A stretch of 52,876 bases of DNA from Candidatus Pacearchaeota archaeon (GTDB lineage: Archaea > Nanobdellota > Nanobdellia > Pacearchaeales > GW2011-AR1). This document shows positions 36,901 through 45,343 of this stretch, in pieces. Location: assembly GCA_050124795.1 (NCBI GenBank), contig JASFEO010000006.1, positions 1-52,876 of the forward strand, read 5' to 3'. A model generated the notes under the pieces. That model ran no database searches. It saw only the letters and a program-made list of their open reading frames with translations, and was not told the DNA's origin. The stretch's first letter is position 1. The number at the start of each line of letters is the position of its first letter. A program made the translations under genes and the position numbers.

Positions 36901-37405
36901 GTAAATAATCAATTAACATTAGAACAATACAAGAAGCAGTTGTTCCTGCTGAACGAATTGGTCCTGAAAAATAAGCCTTAAAATATTCTTTGCCGTCGCG
37001 GGTTTTTTCAATTTTTAATTCTGTATATCCTTCAATTGGACTTGCAACAACTGCAATAGTCTGATATGCAAAACCAACCCTTATCCCTGCATCAATTGCC
37101 TCATGCAAACTTGCAAACTTGCAAAACTTTTGCTTTGCCACTTCTTCTGCAATTTTAAAAGTAACAGTCGTATCAAGCTTTCCATACTTTTTTTCAAGTT
37201 CAATAATTCTTTTATCAACCCCTGAATCCAAAAGCTGAGGATAAAGAACAGAAATTAAACCAACAACTTTTTCAGCCATACTCATTGCAAGAGGAATCTC
37301 AACTTTTTCCGAAGGATCATATCCTAAAGCTCTGGCTTCATTCATAACCTTGTAAACTTTTTTTACATCTTTTTCTAAATCCTTAAAATATTTTTGAGTT
37401 TCCAT
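33923..37405 (-). CDS. polC: DNA polymerase D large subunit DP2
   Basis: FSGPIRSAGT, GGFRFRYGR, GTRMGRPEKAK, RRDCDGDE and C-terminal Zn motifs; no intein evident. Confidence 0.98.
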   Translation of the reverse strand: METQKYFKDLEKDVKKVYKVMNEARALGYDPSEKVEIPLAMSMAEKVVGLISVLYPQLLDSGVDKRIIELEKKYGKLDTTVTFKIAEEVAKQKFCKFASLHEAIDAGIRVGFAYQTIAVVASPIEGYTELKIEKTRDGKEYFKAYFSGPIRSAGTTASCIVLMLIDYLRELFGYAKYDPNDEEVKRYVTENTDYHERVTNLQYFPLEEEMEFLAKHLPIQIAGEPTEKLEVSNYKNLDRVETNNIRGGMCLIFSEGLAQKAAKGFRLLNGAKKNGINATGFDFLSEYLELHEKLTSAKGKKIGDAVPTYIKDLVAGRPVYGHPSRSGGFRFRYGRGRVNGFSAVSLHPATMAITDSFIAIGTQLKIEKPTKGCVTTVCDFIDGPIVKLKNGSVRKLKTKDEAKELYKDVEEIIYLGDILFPFSDVINRNAGLLKSGYVEEWWKLDLEKAGEKIEDFFNVLIDDAILFSEKYKIPFYPEFIFYWKEINHEKFLGLINWLGNSIVRGGKIILPFNKTEEEKFSLGKRALELIGMEHEVTIENVVINEKNSKALFVNLGIDLWILEKEEFLLKEEVEKMKLIESEDVLEIVDSLSFFEIKDKSGDFIGTRMGRPEKAKLRKLTGSPNVLFPVSSQGGRLRSVQAAMEVGCVKSQFPLYYCEKCDKETIYPVCEICEAKTRKKFYFTDTKEKSFEKRNESSEREGMDSCFQSIDINHYFKKAKEKINFTNEMLPLLIKGVRGTSSEGHTMENLAKGILRAKHNLQVNKDGTIRFDATELPLVSFKPKEIGVGVLKLKELGYTEDIEGRELTNEEQILELMPHDVLLPSSPETLDERADDVFTNVSNFVDDELTRFYGLDSFYNLKTKDDLVGKLGVCMAPHNCAGVICRFIGFSNSLGLYASPYMHAAIRRDCDGDELAVMLLGDVLLNFSRKFLPSHRGGTQDAPLVLNAKIDAGEVDDQILDFEFIENKTYTIELYELAEKGAHSSEVKNITTCKDIMRCGKNPFVNLGYTHDTTDFNNGVICSAYKSLGTMQEKVEHQMALVEKIRAVDASDTARLMIERHFLRDMKGNLRKFSMQGFRCVACNEIMRRPPLKGICPKCGGKIIFTIHEGGIKKYLEIAINLAEKYNLSNYMKQNLELTKRYIDSIFGKELEKQESIEKWF

Positions 37406-37406
37406 T

Positions 37407-38375
37407 TTATTTTGGGGTTATTTTTATTTTCCTAACAAGTTTGGATTTTTCTTCCTGCTTACCAATAATCTCTGCATATTCATCAGATAAACAACTTAAC
37501 CTTTCATAAGAACCATTAACTGAAACCTCGGGATCAACATACCTAAACTTTTTCTTTAATCCAATTCCATTTTCAGTTTCGTAAATATCAGAACCATTTT
37601 TTAAAATTTTCAATTGATTTAAAATATCTTTATCATTTGAATTTCTTAAAATATTTAAAACATAATTATCAGTTTTATAAAAATCTTCAAAAGAAATAAT
37701 TTTTTTTTCTAAACCTTTTTTTAATAATTCAGATAAAAGATAATATCTTGTTCTTGCTTCATCACTTGCCAAGGAATTTTCCTGAAGATTTGAATATTCT
37801 TTAAAAAAAATCTCTGCGATATTTTTATTTTTAAAAACTATTTGATTGCTTTTAACAAAAAGATTATTAAAAATTAATTTTGGGTTTTTAGAACCCTTAT
37901 TATAAAACAGTTCTCTCAAAGAATAATCAATTCTATCTGCACACAAACTTGGAGCCTCTTTTTCTAACAAAAGAAAATTTTCTAACTTAGAAATGTATTC
38001 AAAAGAAAAATTATATCTGTTTAAAATTTCGGGAATTTCAGAATTTTTAATCACCTCTAAATGATTATTATCCTGGTAATCTTCTTTAATTGGGTCTCCA
38101 AAAATCCAATCAATCACATGCGAAAAAGCAGTATGGGAAACATCATGAAGTAATCCTGAAATCTGTTCATCTAAATCAGATCCTAATTTTCTTAATAAAA
38201 GAAAAACTCCTAATGAATGCTCAAATCTCGAAAATCCTTTTTTGTAGTAATATTCATCAGGCATACCTAATTGAGAAATTCCTTTCAATCTTTGAATAGA
38301 TTTTGAATTAATTAATTCAATTAAAACTGGCTCATCAATTTTTTCTTTTCCATAAATACTATCTATAATTTCCAT
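37407..38375 (-). CDS. HD-domain phosphohydrolase (COG1078/SAMHD1-like)
   Basis: IQRLKGISQLG, SRFEHSLGV, LLHDVSHTAFSH, ADRIDY. Confidence 0.9.
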   Translation of the reverse strand: MEIIDSIYGKEKIDEPVLIELINSKSIQRLKGISQLGMPDEYYYKKGFSRFEHSLGVFLLLRKLGSDLDEQISGLLHDVSHTAFSHVIDWIFGDPIKEDYQDNNHLEVIKNSEIPEILNRYNFSFEYISKLENFLLLEKEAPSLCADRIDYSLRELFYNKGSKNPKLIFNNLFVKSNQIVFKNKNIAEIFFKEYSNLQENSLASDEARTRYYLLSELLKKGLEKKIISFEDFYKTDNYVLNILRNSNDKDILNQLKILKNGSDIYETENGIGLKKKFRYVDPEVSVNGSYERLSCLSDEYAEIIGKQEEKSKLVRKIKITPK

Positions 38376-38979
38376 TTTTAAAAATATCCTCCTGCACTTC
38401 TAACAAATTATTAACAGGAATTATCTTTTTTTCTTGTCTTCCATTTGCCCACAAATATTTATTCCAGGGTCTTTTTGGAAAATAACATTTAATTCCTGAA
38501 TCAGAACATTCAGAAATAGTCTCTCCTCTATCATCAGTTAAATATTGAACATTATTTTCTAAGCAAAAATTTAATTTTGAATGATTGCTGCAAGTTTTAT
38601 TGCCATTGCAAATAACTTTTTTTATCTCAGGAAAATATTCTTCAACAAATTCTTCAGTTTCTTTTTGTAAAAAAACAGGTCTTGCAGTAATTAAAATTTG
38701 ATATTTTACTTTTGATAAATTCTTAACAACACTTTGCGCTTCAGGATAAGGCCTTAAATTTTCAAAGTCCTGAGATTTATAAAAACAATTAAGCATCTCC
38801 AAAAATTCTCCCCTTAAAATTTTAAAAACTTCCCAAGGGAAAAAATTAGTAAAATCTTCAAATTTACAATTAGTCCCAAAAACACGATTTCCATAAACAA
38901 CTAATCCCTTCTCAAAAGTAGGAATAAGGGTATCATCCAAATCCCATGCTAAAACTTCTAAATCACTTTTTATTCCCAT
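38359..38979 (-). CDS. HAD-family 5'(3')-deoxyribonucleotidase-like protein
   Basis: WDLDDTL, ITAR, K, TDDR and RPWN motifs. Confidence 0.8.
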   Translation of the reverse strand: MGIKSDLEVLAWDLDDTLIPTFEKGLVVYGNRVFGTNCKFEDFTNFFPWEVFKILRGEFLEMLNCFYKSQDFENLRPYPEAQSVVKNLSKVKYQILITARPVFLQKETEEFVEEYFPEIKKVICNGNKTCSNHSKLNFCLENNVQYLTDDRGETISECSDSGIKCYFPKRPWNKYLWANGRQEKKIIPVNNLLEVQEDIFKNGNYR

Positions 38980-39061
38980 TTTAAAAAAAAACCTTTCTCC
39001 TTTTTATTGATTTATATTTTCTAACAATAGTTTTCTAATTTCTATTTAATAATTTCAAACA

Positions 39062-40684
39062 TCATACTTCAATCTTTTCCTCTTCTTCAAAATCTAAAAT
39101 CTTAATAGATCTGGTTTTCAAATTTACCATTGGAACCTTACAGTGATCAGGCGTGTTTCCAAACTTTTCCTGATAAGGAGTCATTGCTTCCCAGCATGAA
39201 GTTGAAACTAATAAAATATTATTATAATATGTCACTGCACTTTTATGGGTATGAGCAGAAACTAAAATATCCGGAATATTAGAAATTAAATGATAATCAG
39301 TATCAACAGAGGGAAAATATTGAACAGATGCATGAGTCGGTGCCAGATGCCTTTGCCTAAGTAGATACTTCATAATTTCTTCAGGAGAATTTGCTGCCTT
39401 CATTTTCATGAGCCTTGCAACATTATTCACATAATAAAAATAAGAAAACCCATGATAAATTAAAACATTAAAACCATTAAAATTTTTATTAAGTCCAATT
39501 TTTACTTCACTTGGATTTGGAACCAAAATTACATTGTCAAGTTCATAAAGCGGCCATGCATATTTTTCATCAAAAATAGGCTGCGGCTCCATTAACCTAA
39601 CACCCTCATGATTTCCAGGAGAAATAATTATTTTTATATCAGATCTTATTTTTCTAAAAAGTTCTGCAACCTGCAAATATTGTTCTTCCAAATCCATTAC
39701 TTTTAAATCATTTTCCTGATTAGGATAATTTCCAACCCCGGTAATAATGTCTCCTGCAACAATTAAATATTTTATTTTCTCAACTTCTTCTTTTGTTCCT
39801 GCAACTTTGCCATTTAAATAATCAATAAATTTCAAAAAACTTTTTTCCAAAAACCTCTTGCTTCCATAATGCAAATCTCCAATAAACAAAGCATATTCCT
39901 CTTTTGGCGACTTTTTTCTCGTCAATAAAATTGCCTCTGGAAAAATAACCTCATTTGCAAAAAGAATTTCACGATTTCCAGAACCCTTAAAACCAACAAT
40001 ACTATCAAGTGCAATTTCCTCTGCCTTTTCATAAATTTCTTTTTTATCTTTATTAATTAAAACCCGAATTGTTCCTGTCAAATCCTCAATATCTAAAATT
40101 ATATTTTTATTTTTAGTAACTCTTTTCTCACTAACTAAACCAATTACTGAAACCCTGCTTCTATCATTTAAAATTTTATTTATTGAAACTAAATTATCTA
40201 ATTCACTATGCTCCTGCAAAATTTCTCTCATTTTATTAAACCTGTTTCTAAAATATTTTACAAAATCAATAACTTCAAGTTTTTTTCCAGGCGTCGGATT
40301 TTGAAAACTAACTTCCACATTCTCATTTATTTTTTCTGTTTTAATTTTTTCAGAATTTTTAACAAAAGAATTTTTTGAATTATCAAAATTATCAATAATT
40401 TCAGACTCATGAGAAATTTCAATACTAAGACCCAAATTAATTTTCAGTTTTTCTAATTTTTTTTGATTCTCCCTCGGCAAATCCATAAAAAACTTATTCA
40501 CTATCGCGCGATTTTTCTGAAAAACATTTTTTGTAATAATTTTCTGATTAGTATGACTTCTTATTTTTTCCAAAATAATTTTCACAGCCTCTGCGTCATT
40601 AGTCTCACTAAATAAATTCAATACTTCACTATCTAATAAAAATCCTTTTTCAAAACAAAATTTCAAAATTTCCTGAGTATTCAT
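39062..40684 (-). CDS. polB: DNA polymerase D small (exonuclease) subunit DP1
   Basis: YFRNRF, OB fold, GDLHYGS, PGNHE, YHG, RHLAPTH, AHTH. Confidence 0.95.
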   Translation of the reverse strand: MNTQEILKFCFEKGFLLDSEVLNLFSETNDAEAVKIILEKIRSHTNQKIITKNVFQKNRAIVNKFFMDLPRENQKKLEKLKINLGLSIEISHESEIIDNFDNSKNSFVKNSEKIKTEKINENVEVSFQNPTPGKKLEVIDFVKYFRNRFNKMREILQEHSELDNLVSINKILNDRSRVSVIGLVSEKRVTKNKNIILDIEDLTGTIRVLINKDKKEIYEKAEEIALDSIVGFKGSGNREILFANEVIFPEAILLTRKKSPKEEYALFIGDLHYGSKRFLEKSFLKFIDYLNGKVAGTKEEVEKIKYLIVAGDIITGVGNYPNQENDLKVMDLEEQYLQVAELFRKIRSDIKIIISPGNHEGVRLMEPQPIFDEKYAWPLYELDNVILVPNPSEVKIGLNKNFNGFNVLIYHGFSYFYYVNNVARLMKMKAANSPEEIMKYLLRQRHLAPTHASVQYFPSVDTDYHLISNIPDILVSAHTHKSAVTYYNNILLVSTSCWEAMTPYQEKFGNTPDHCKVPMVNLKTRSIKILDFEEEEKIEV

Positions 40685-41262
40685 TTTAATTTATCAATTA
40701 TTTCATTCCAATTTTTAACTCTTGTAATATTTTCATGTTCGCAATTTTGATTCCAAGGTTTATCTAGTAAAAAAACTTTAATTCCTTTTTCTGCGCAATT
40801 ATAAGAAAAAAATTTATTATCTTCTATAAGAACATCTACACCAATTTCACTGCAAATTTCATCTTTCGTTTTTCTTCCTGAATAAATATCTCCTGAAAAA
40901 TAAACTTCATAAGGTTTATTTAAAAAATATTTTTTTAAAAATTCTTTAGTTATTTCTTCATTTGAAACCCTTCTGGAAGTAATAAAAAAAATTTTATGTA
41001 AAAAAAATAATTTATTCAAAATTTCTTCAACACCTTCAATTAATTTCATTTTTTTAAAATAATTTGTTTTATGAAATTCTCCCAAAATTTCAATAACATC
41101 TTCACAAGTATGACCAAAAGGTTCTCTTAAATAAATATCTTCAATATCCTCAACATTAAACTCTTTTCCAAATCTGAATTTATAAAAATCCAAATAACTA
41201 TTAATAAAATCAGCTACAGTATCATCAATATCAATTCCAATTTTTAATTTTTCTTTTTTCAT
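40681..41262 (-). CDS. HAD-family 5'(3')-deoxyribonucleotidase-like protein
   Basis: IGIDIDDTV, ITSR, IEDN, KPWN and RVKNW motifs. Confidence 0.85.
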   Translation of the reverse strand: MKKEKLKIGIDIDDTVADFINSYLDFYKFRFGKEFNVEDIEDIYLREPFGHTCEDVIEILGEFHKTNYFKKMKLIEGVEEILNKLFFLHKIFFITSRRVSNEEITKEFLKKYFLNKPYEVYFSGDIYSGRKTKDEICSEIGVDVLIEDNKFFSYNCAEKGIKVFLLDKPWNQNCEHENITRVKNWNEIIDKLK

Positions 41263-41297
41263 TTTAAAAATTTAATCTTTCAATTACTAAATCTAAT

Positions 41298-42530
41298 TTA
41301 ATAATTAACCACTTCACTAATAATTTCCTTTGCCTTGTCAATAATATTTTTTGTTATTGCAAGTTTTATTTCTCTCATTCTTCCACCCCTGCCTTTTGAA
41401 ATAACCCTCACATTAATAATTCCCAGCATATCAAACTCCTGGATAATATCACTAACCCTTCTCTGAGTCAAAACCTCAACATGATTTTTCATGCAAACAT
41501 CCTGATAAAAATTATAAACATCTCCAGTAAAAATAGGTTCATTCCCTTGTTTTTCAGACAAAGTTATAATCGAAGACAAAACAAACTGAAACTGTTTAGG
41601 TTCACTTCTGATAACATCCAAAATCTTATCTTTTTCCATTTTCTCATTTGCTAAATCAATATGACGAAGTAAAATTTTTTTTGAAGAATCCCTTTCAGCA
41701 AGTTCCCCTGAAATCCTCAATAAATCAAGAGCCCGCCTTGCATCACCATGTTCCCTTGCAGCATATGCAGCGCATTTTGCAATAACACCCTCCTCAACAA
41801 CATTCTCTTCAAAAGCATCACAAGACCTTTTATTTAAAATTTCCTGCAGCTGCAAAGCATTATAAGGTGAAAAAACAACCTCTTCCTCAGAAAGTGAACT
41901 TCTTACTCTTGGATCAACCCCATCCAAAAAAGTCAAATCATTACTTATCCCAACAACACAAATCTGGGTTTTTGCTAATTCTGAATTAAGACGAGTTAAA
42001 TTATATAAAAAATCACTTGAAATTTTCTTAACAGTCTGGTCAATTTCATCTAAAACCAAAACCAAAAGCTGCTTTTCGGAATCAATTAATTCAATAAACT
42101 TGCTGTAAACCGCCTCAGTGGGCAGGCCAGTCGCAGGAATATTCCCATTAAGTTTTTTTATAAGTTCAGCCAAAATCCTGTATTCAGTATCAGAAATTTT
42201 TTTTAACTTGCAATTTAAATAAATAATTTTTAATTTATGAGGAGAATCCTCACCAACCCTCTTTAAAAGTTCATCTTTAACATAATTAATTGAAAGAGTT
42301 TTTCCAGTCCCGGTCTTTCCATATAAAAATAAATTGCTTGTTCTCTCACCCCTTAAAACCGGCGCTAAAATAGATGCAATCTGCTTTATCTGCTCCCCAC
42401 GATGAAGAATATTATCCAAATCATTTGGCTGATAATTTGCCTGCAAAACTTCTTTTTTCCTAAACAAACTTTTACTATTACTAACAGAATCAAAAATTTC
42501 ATTTAAACTTTCTATTTGTGTTTTTGTCAT
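41298..42530 (-). CDS. cdc6: Cdc6/Orc1 replication initiator
   Basis: GKTGTGKT, LVLDEID, DPRVRSSL, HGDARRALDLL and a C-terminal wH (SKGRGGR). Confidence 0.97.
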   Translation of the reverse strand: MTKTQIESLNEIFDSVSNSKSLFRKKEVLQANYQPNDLDNILHRGEQIKQIASILAPVLRGERTSNLFLYGKTGTGKTLSINYVKDELLKRVGEDSPHKLKIIYLNCKLKKISDTEYRILAELIKKLNGNIPATGLPTEAVYSKFIELIDSEKQLLVLVLDEIDQTVKKISSDFLYNLTRLNSELAKTQICVVGISNDLTFLDGVDPRVRSSLSEEEVVFSPYNALQLQEILNKRSCDAFEENVVEEGVIAKCAAYAAREHGDARRALDLLRISGELAERDSSKKILLRHIDLANEKMEKDKILDVIRSEPKQFQFVLSSIITLSEKQGNEPIFTGDVYNFYQDVCMKNHVEVLTQRRVSDIIQEFDMLGIINVRVISKGRGGRMREIKLAITKNIIDKAKEIISEVVNY

Positions 42531-42560
42531 TTCCCTTTTTTAAAATAAATAAATTATTCT

Positions 42561-42918
42561 ACCCCTCCCAGCATGATTTCTTATGGAAAATAAAGTTTAT
42601 TTTTATTTTTCGTTGAGAAAAATATAATTTATTATATAAATGATTATAACTACTAAAAAAGAAAAACACCTATATTTCTTGTGGAAAAATGAAAATTCTA
42701 ATTAAAATATTTAAAAACATAAAAAAGAATGAAAAAAATCTTATTTTTTATAATAATATAAATAAAATAAACTTCTAATAAAGTATTTTTATATTTATTT
42801 AATATAAAATAATTAATCTATATACTATATAATATAAATTTTTTTAAATAAATAATAAATAATAAAAACTTAAATTTTTATTTTTAAATGTTTCCATAAG
42901 AAATTAAAGGGTCAGGGT
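42561..42918. other. Putative replication origin (oriC) with three ORB-like boxes around an AT-rich unwinding element
   Basis: TTTCCAYAAGAAAT on the minus strand at 42576..42589 and 42674..42687, and on the plus strand at 42891..42904 followed by TAAAGGG. Adjacent to cdc6; gene orientation flips here. Confidence 0.8.
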
Positions 42919-42964
42919 GTTAAAAAATCCAAAGTTTTATAAAATATTCATTATTAAAAATTCT

Positions 42965-43162
42965 ATGAAAACATCTCTTGAAGATTTAAATCTAGATGAA
43001 CCTGTTGTTGAAAGTTCTCCCATTAATTCTATTAATTATCTAAACCAATATTCTAAATATCTTTCAAATTCTTTAGAAGATTCTAAAAAGAAAATAAAAA
43101 AGAATAATAAAAAATATGGTGGAGAAGAAATTCCTTTAGAAGGAATTAAACCTCTTTTTTAA
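42965..43162 (+). CDS. Hypothetical protein
   Basis: In-frame ATG at 42965 after a TATA-like TTTATAAA. Confidence 0.45.
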   Translation: MKTSLEDLNLDEPVVESSPINSINYLNQYSKYLSNSLEDSKKKIKKNNKKYGGEEIPLEGIKPLF

Positions 43163-43240
43163 TCATTTTTTATTTATATTCTTTAATGTATATTTAATTT
43201 CATAGAAAAGTTTATAAGTTATTTTCTTGTTGTTTTTAGC

Positions 43241-43501
43241 ATGCAGGAAAATAAGAATACATTTAATGATATCTTTGGAAAAATGATTGTAACAAAAGAA
43301 GGAAAAAGACTTGGGTTTGTCAAGGACCTGACTTTTGAGACAAAATCAGGAGAACTAATAAATATTGTTGTAAAAGATTCAACACTTTATACTAAAAATC
43401 TTAATTTAGAAAAAACAAATTCAAATAACCATTTAATACCCCATAGCGCAATTATTGCAATTGGAGATTTTGTAATTGTTTCTGAAGAAGATTTAATATA
43501 A
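43241..43501 (+). CDS. PRC-barrel protein (CdpB-like, possibly cell division)
   Basis: IFGKMIVTKEGKRLGFVKDLTFETKSGEL...IPHSAIIAIGDFVIV. Confidence 0.85.
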   Translation: MQENKNTFNDIFGKMIVTKEGKRLGFVKDLTFETKSGELINIVVKDSTLYTKNLNLEKTNSNNHLIPHSAIIAIGDFVIVSEEDLI

Positions 43502-43595
43502 AATTTATTTATTAAGAAGATAATATTATTTTTATAAAATTAAATATAACTTTTTTTATAGAAATACTTAAAAACAAAGATTTTATTAAATCAAT

Positions 43596-44024
43596 ATGAA
43601 ATTTATTGGATTTAATTTTACAAAAGTTAATGCAGAAAGATTTTCAGATGATTTAAATGGTTTGAATTTGAATAATAAAATGGATATTTCAAAAATTGAA
43701 TCTATGGACTCAAAAGACAATAATAAGAGGGTGATAAAATTAAGTTTTAAATATGAAATTGATTATAATCCTAATTTTGCTAAAATAAACCTCTCAGGAG
43801 AAGTTTTTGTTTTAGTTGATTCTGAATTAGCTGAAAAAATAACCAAGCAATGGAAAGAAGATAAAAAGTCTTTAGATGAAGATTTTAGAGTGTTTGCTTT
43901 TAATATTCTTCTTAGAAAATGCAATTTAAAGGCGCTTGAACTTGAAGATGAAATGAATCTGCCAATTCATTTGCCTCTTCCTTCTGTAAAAAGAGGAGAT
44001 TCACTTGAAGAAAAAAAAGAATAA
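43596..44024 (+). CDS. Conserved archaeal hypothetical protein, possibly SecB-like fold
   Basis: GFNFTKVNAER...MNLPIHLPLP pattern. Confidence 0.6.
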   Translation: MKFIGFNFTKVNAERFSDDLNGLNLNNKMDISKIESMDSKDNNKRVIKLSFKYEIDYNPNFAKINLSGEVFVLVDSELAEKITKQWKEDKKSLDEDFRVFAFNILLRKCNLKALELEDEMNLPIHLPLPSVKRGDSLEEKKE

Positions 44025-44107
44025 TTCTTTAATAAATCTCTTTTCACTATATTATAAAATCAAAAATTTTTACTAAAATTTTTAAATAAATTAATCTTAA
44101 TTATTTT

Positions 44108-44404
44108 ATGAAAATTTCTAATGAGAAAAAAGAAAAAATCTCTGAGCAGATTCTTTTTTTTCTTTATTCTGTTTCACCCAAGTCAATTTTTACTTCACAC
44201 ATTGCAAGGGAAATTGCAAGAGATGAGGAATTTATAAAAAAAATTCTTCTTAATTTAAAGAAAAAAAATCTTGTAATTGAAATTAAAAAGAATTCAAAAG
44301 GAACAAATTATTTAAAAAGGTCAAGATGGAAATTAACAGACTCTGCATATCAAATTTATAAAAAATATCAGGAAAAAAGAAATTATAACACTCAATTATC
44401 TTAA
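44108..44404 (+). CDS. Small winged-HTH protein
   Basis: ILFFLYSVSPKSIFTSHIAREIARDEEFIKKILLNLKKKNLV followed by a wing. Confidence 0.7.
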   Translation: MKISNEKKEKISEQILFFLYSVSPKSIFTSHIAREIARDEEFIKKILLNLKKKNLVIEIKKNSKGTNYLKRSRWKLTDSAYQIYKKYQEKRNYNTQLS

Positions 44405-44435
44405 TCTTTTTATAGTCTATTATTTTTAAGATTTA

Positions 44436-45116
44436 ATGGATCAGGTTAAAGAGGCTTTTAGCAAAGTAAAATTAGATATAGATTATTTAAAAAAAGAAAT
44501 TAATACAATAAATTCAAATTTTAGTAATATGAAAAAAGAAATTTTAGAATTAAAAGAAATATTTAAATTAAATTTTAATCAAAAATCTGTCGAAGAGGTT
44601 TCGACAGAAATACAGGATTCTTCAGCAGTTTCGACACATCCTTCGACATATAATCGTCATTTTAAGCCCTTAAAACACCAAATTTCACCTATTTCCATAG
44701 GAAATCAAGGGGTTCCAACAGACAAACAGACAAACAGACAAACAGACAAACAGACAAAATTCGAAGAGAAAAAAGAAAAAAATTCTATTGAAAGTGCTTA
44801 TGAATTATTAAACTCTCTTGATAGCTTAAAAAAAGAAATTCGTCTTAAATTCAAGCGTTTAACTGAACAAGAATTTTTAGTGTTCTCAACACTTTATCAA
44901 TTAGAAGAGGAATTTGGATCTTCTGATTACAGGGCAATTTCAAAAAAATTAAACTTAACTGAGAGTTCAATAAGAGACTATATTGCAAGATTAATAAAAA
45001 AAGGAATTCCCATCGAGAAAAACAAAATAAATAACAAAAACATTCAATTAAATATTTCCTTGAATCTAAAAAAAGTAGTAACTCTTCCGACGATATTTAA
45101 ACTTAGAGAATTATAA
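44436..45116 (+). CDS. Coiled-coil + linker + winged-HTH protein A
   Basis: LTEQEFLVFSTL...YRAISKKLNLTESSIRDYIARLIKKGIPI. Confidence 0.8.
   Translation: MDQVKEAFSKVKLDIDYLKKEINTINSNFSNMKKEILELKEIFKLNFNQKSVEEVSTEIQDSSAVSTHPSTYNRHFKPLKHQISPISIGNQGVPTDKQTNRQTDKQTKFEEKKEKNSIESAYELLNSLDSLKKEIRLKFKRLTEQEFLVFSTLYQLEEEFGSSDYRAISKKLNLTESSIRDYIARLIKKGIPIEKNKINNKNIQLNISLNLKKVVTLPTIFKLREL
44691..44712 (+). promoter_or_regulatory. Intragenic ORB-like box ATTTCCATAGGAAATCAAGGGG
   Basis: Near match to the oriC box TTTCCATAAGAAATTAAAGGG (42891..42911), with dyad and G-string. Confidence 0.65.
44717..44756 (+). repeat. Perfect tandem octamer (AACAGACA)x5
   Basis: Read directly; begins 4 bp after the ORB-like G-string. 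Confidence 0.95.
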
Positions 45117-45343
45117 TTTTAATATTTTCAAGTAAAAATTTAACTTATCCTCTTTACCGAATAACTATCTATTTGTATTAAATAATCAATTATCTTGTTT
45201 CTCTCCTTTTTTATTAATTCTCTTTCTTTGTCTTTTGCTTTTTCTCCTTTATTTTATCTTTTATTCTTCTTTTTCATCAAAATGGTCTATTTTCCTCACT
45301 TTTTACTAAAATTTTTTAATTTTTAATGATTTTCTTCTCACTT

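Noticed and set aside
33923-37405. Intein in DP2 or Cdc6
   Set aside because: Lengths are normal, conserved motifs are contiguous, and no intein or LAGLIDADG blocks are visible.
45117-45343. Pyrimidine-rich tract between the convergent wHTH genes as ncRNA, and the ORF 45326..45538
   Set aside because: No stable structure is evident; it is consistent with T-rich terminators and the antisense of a Lys/Glu-rich tail.
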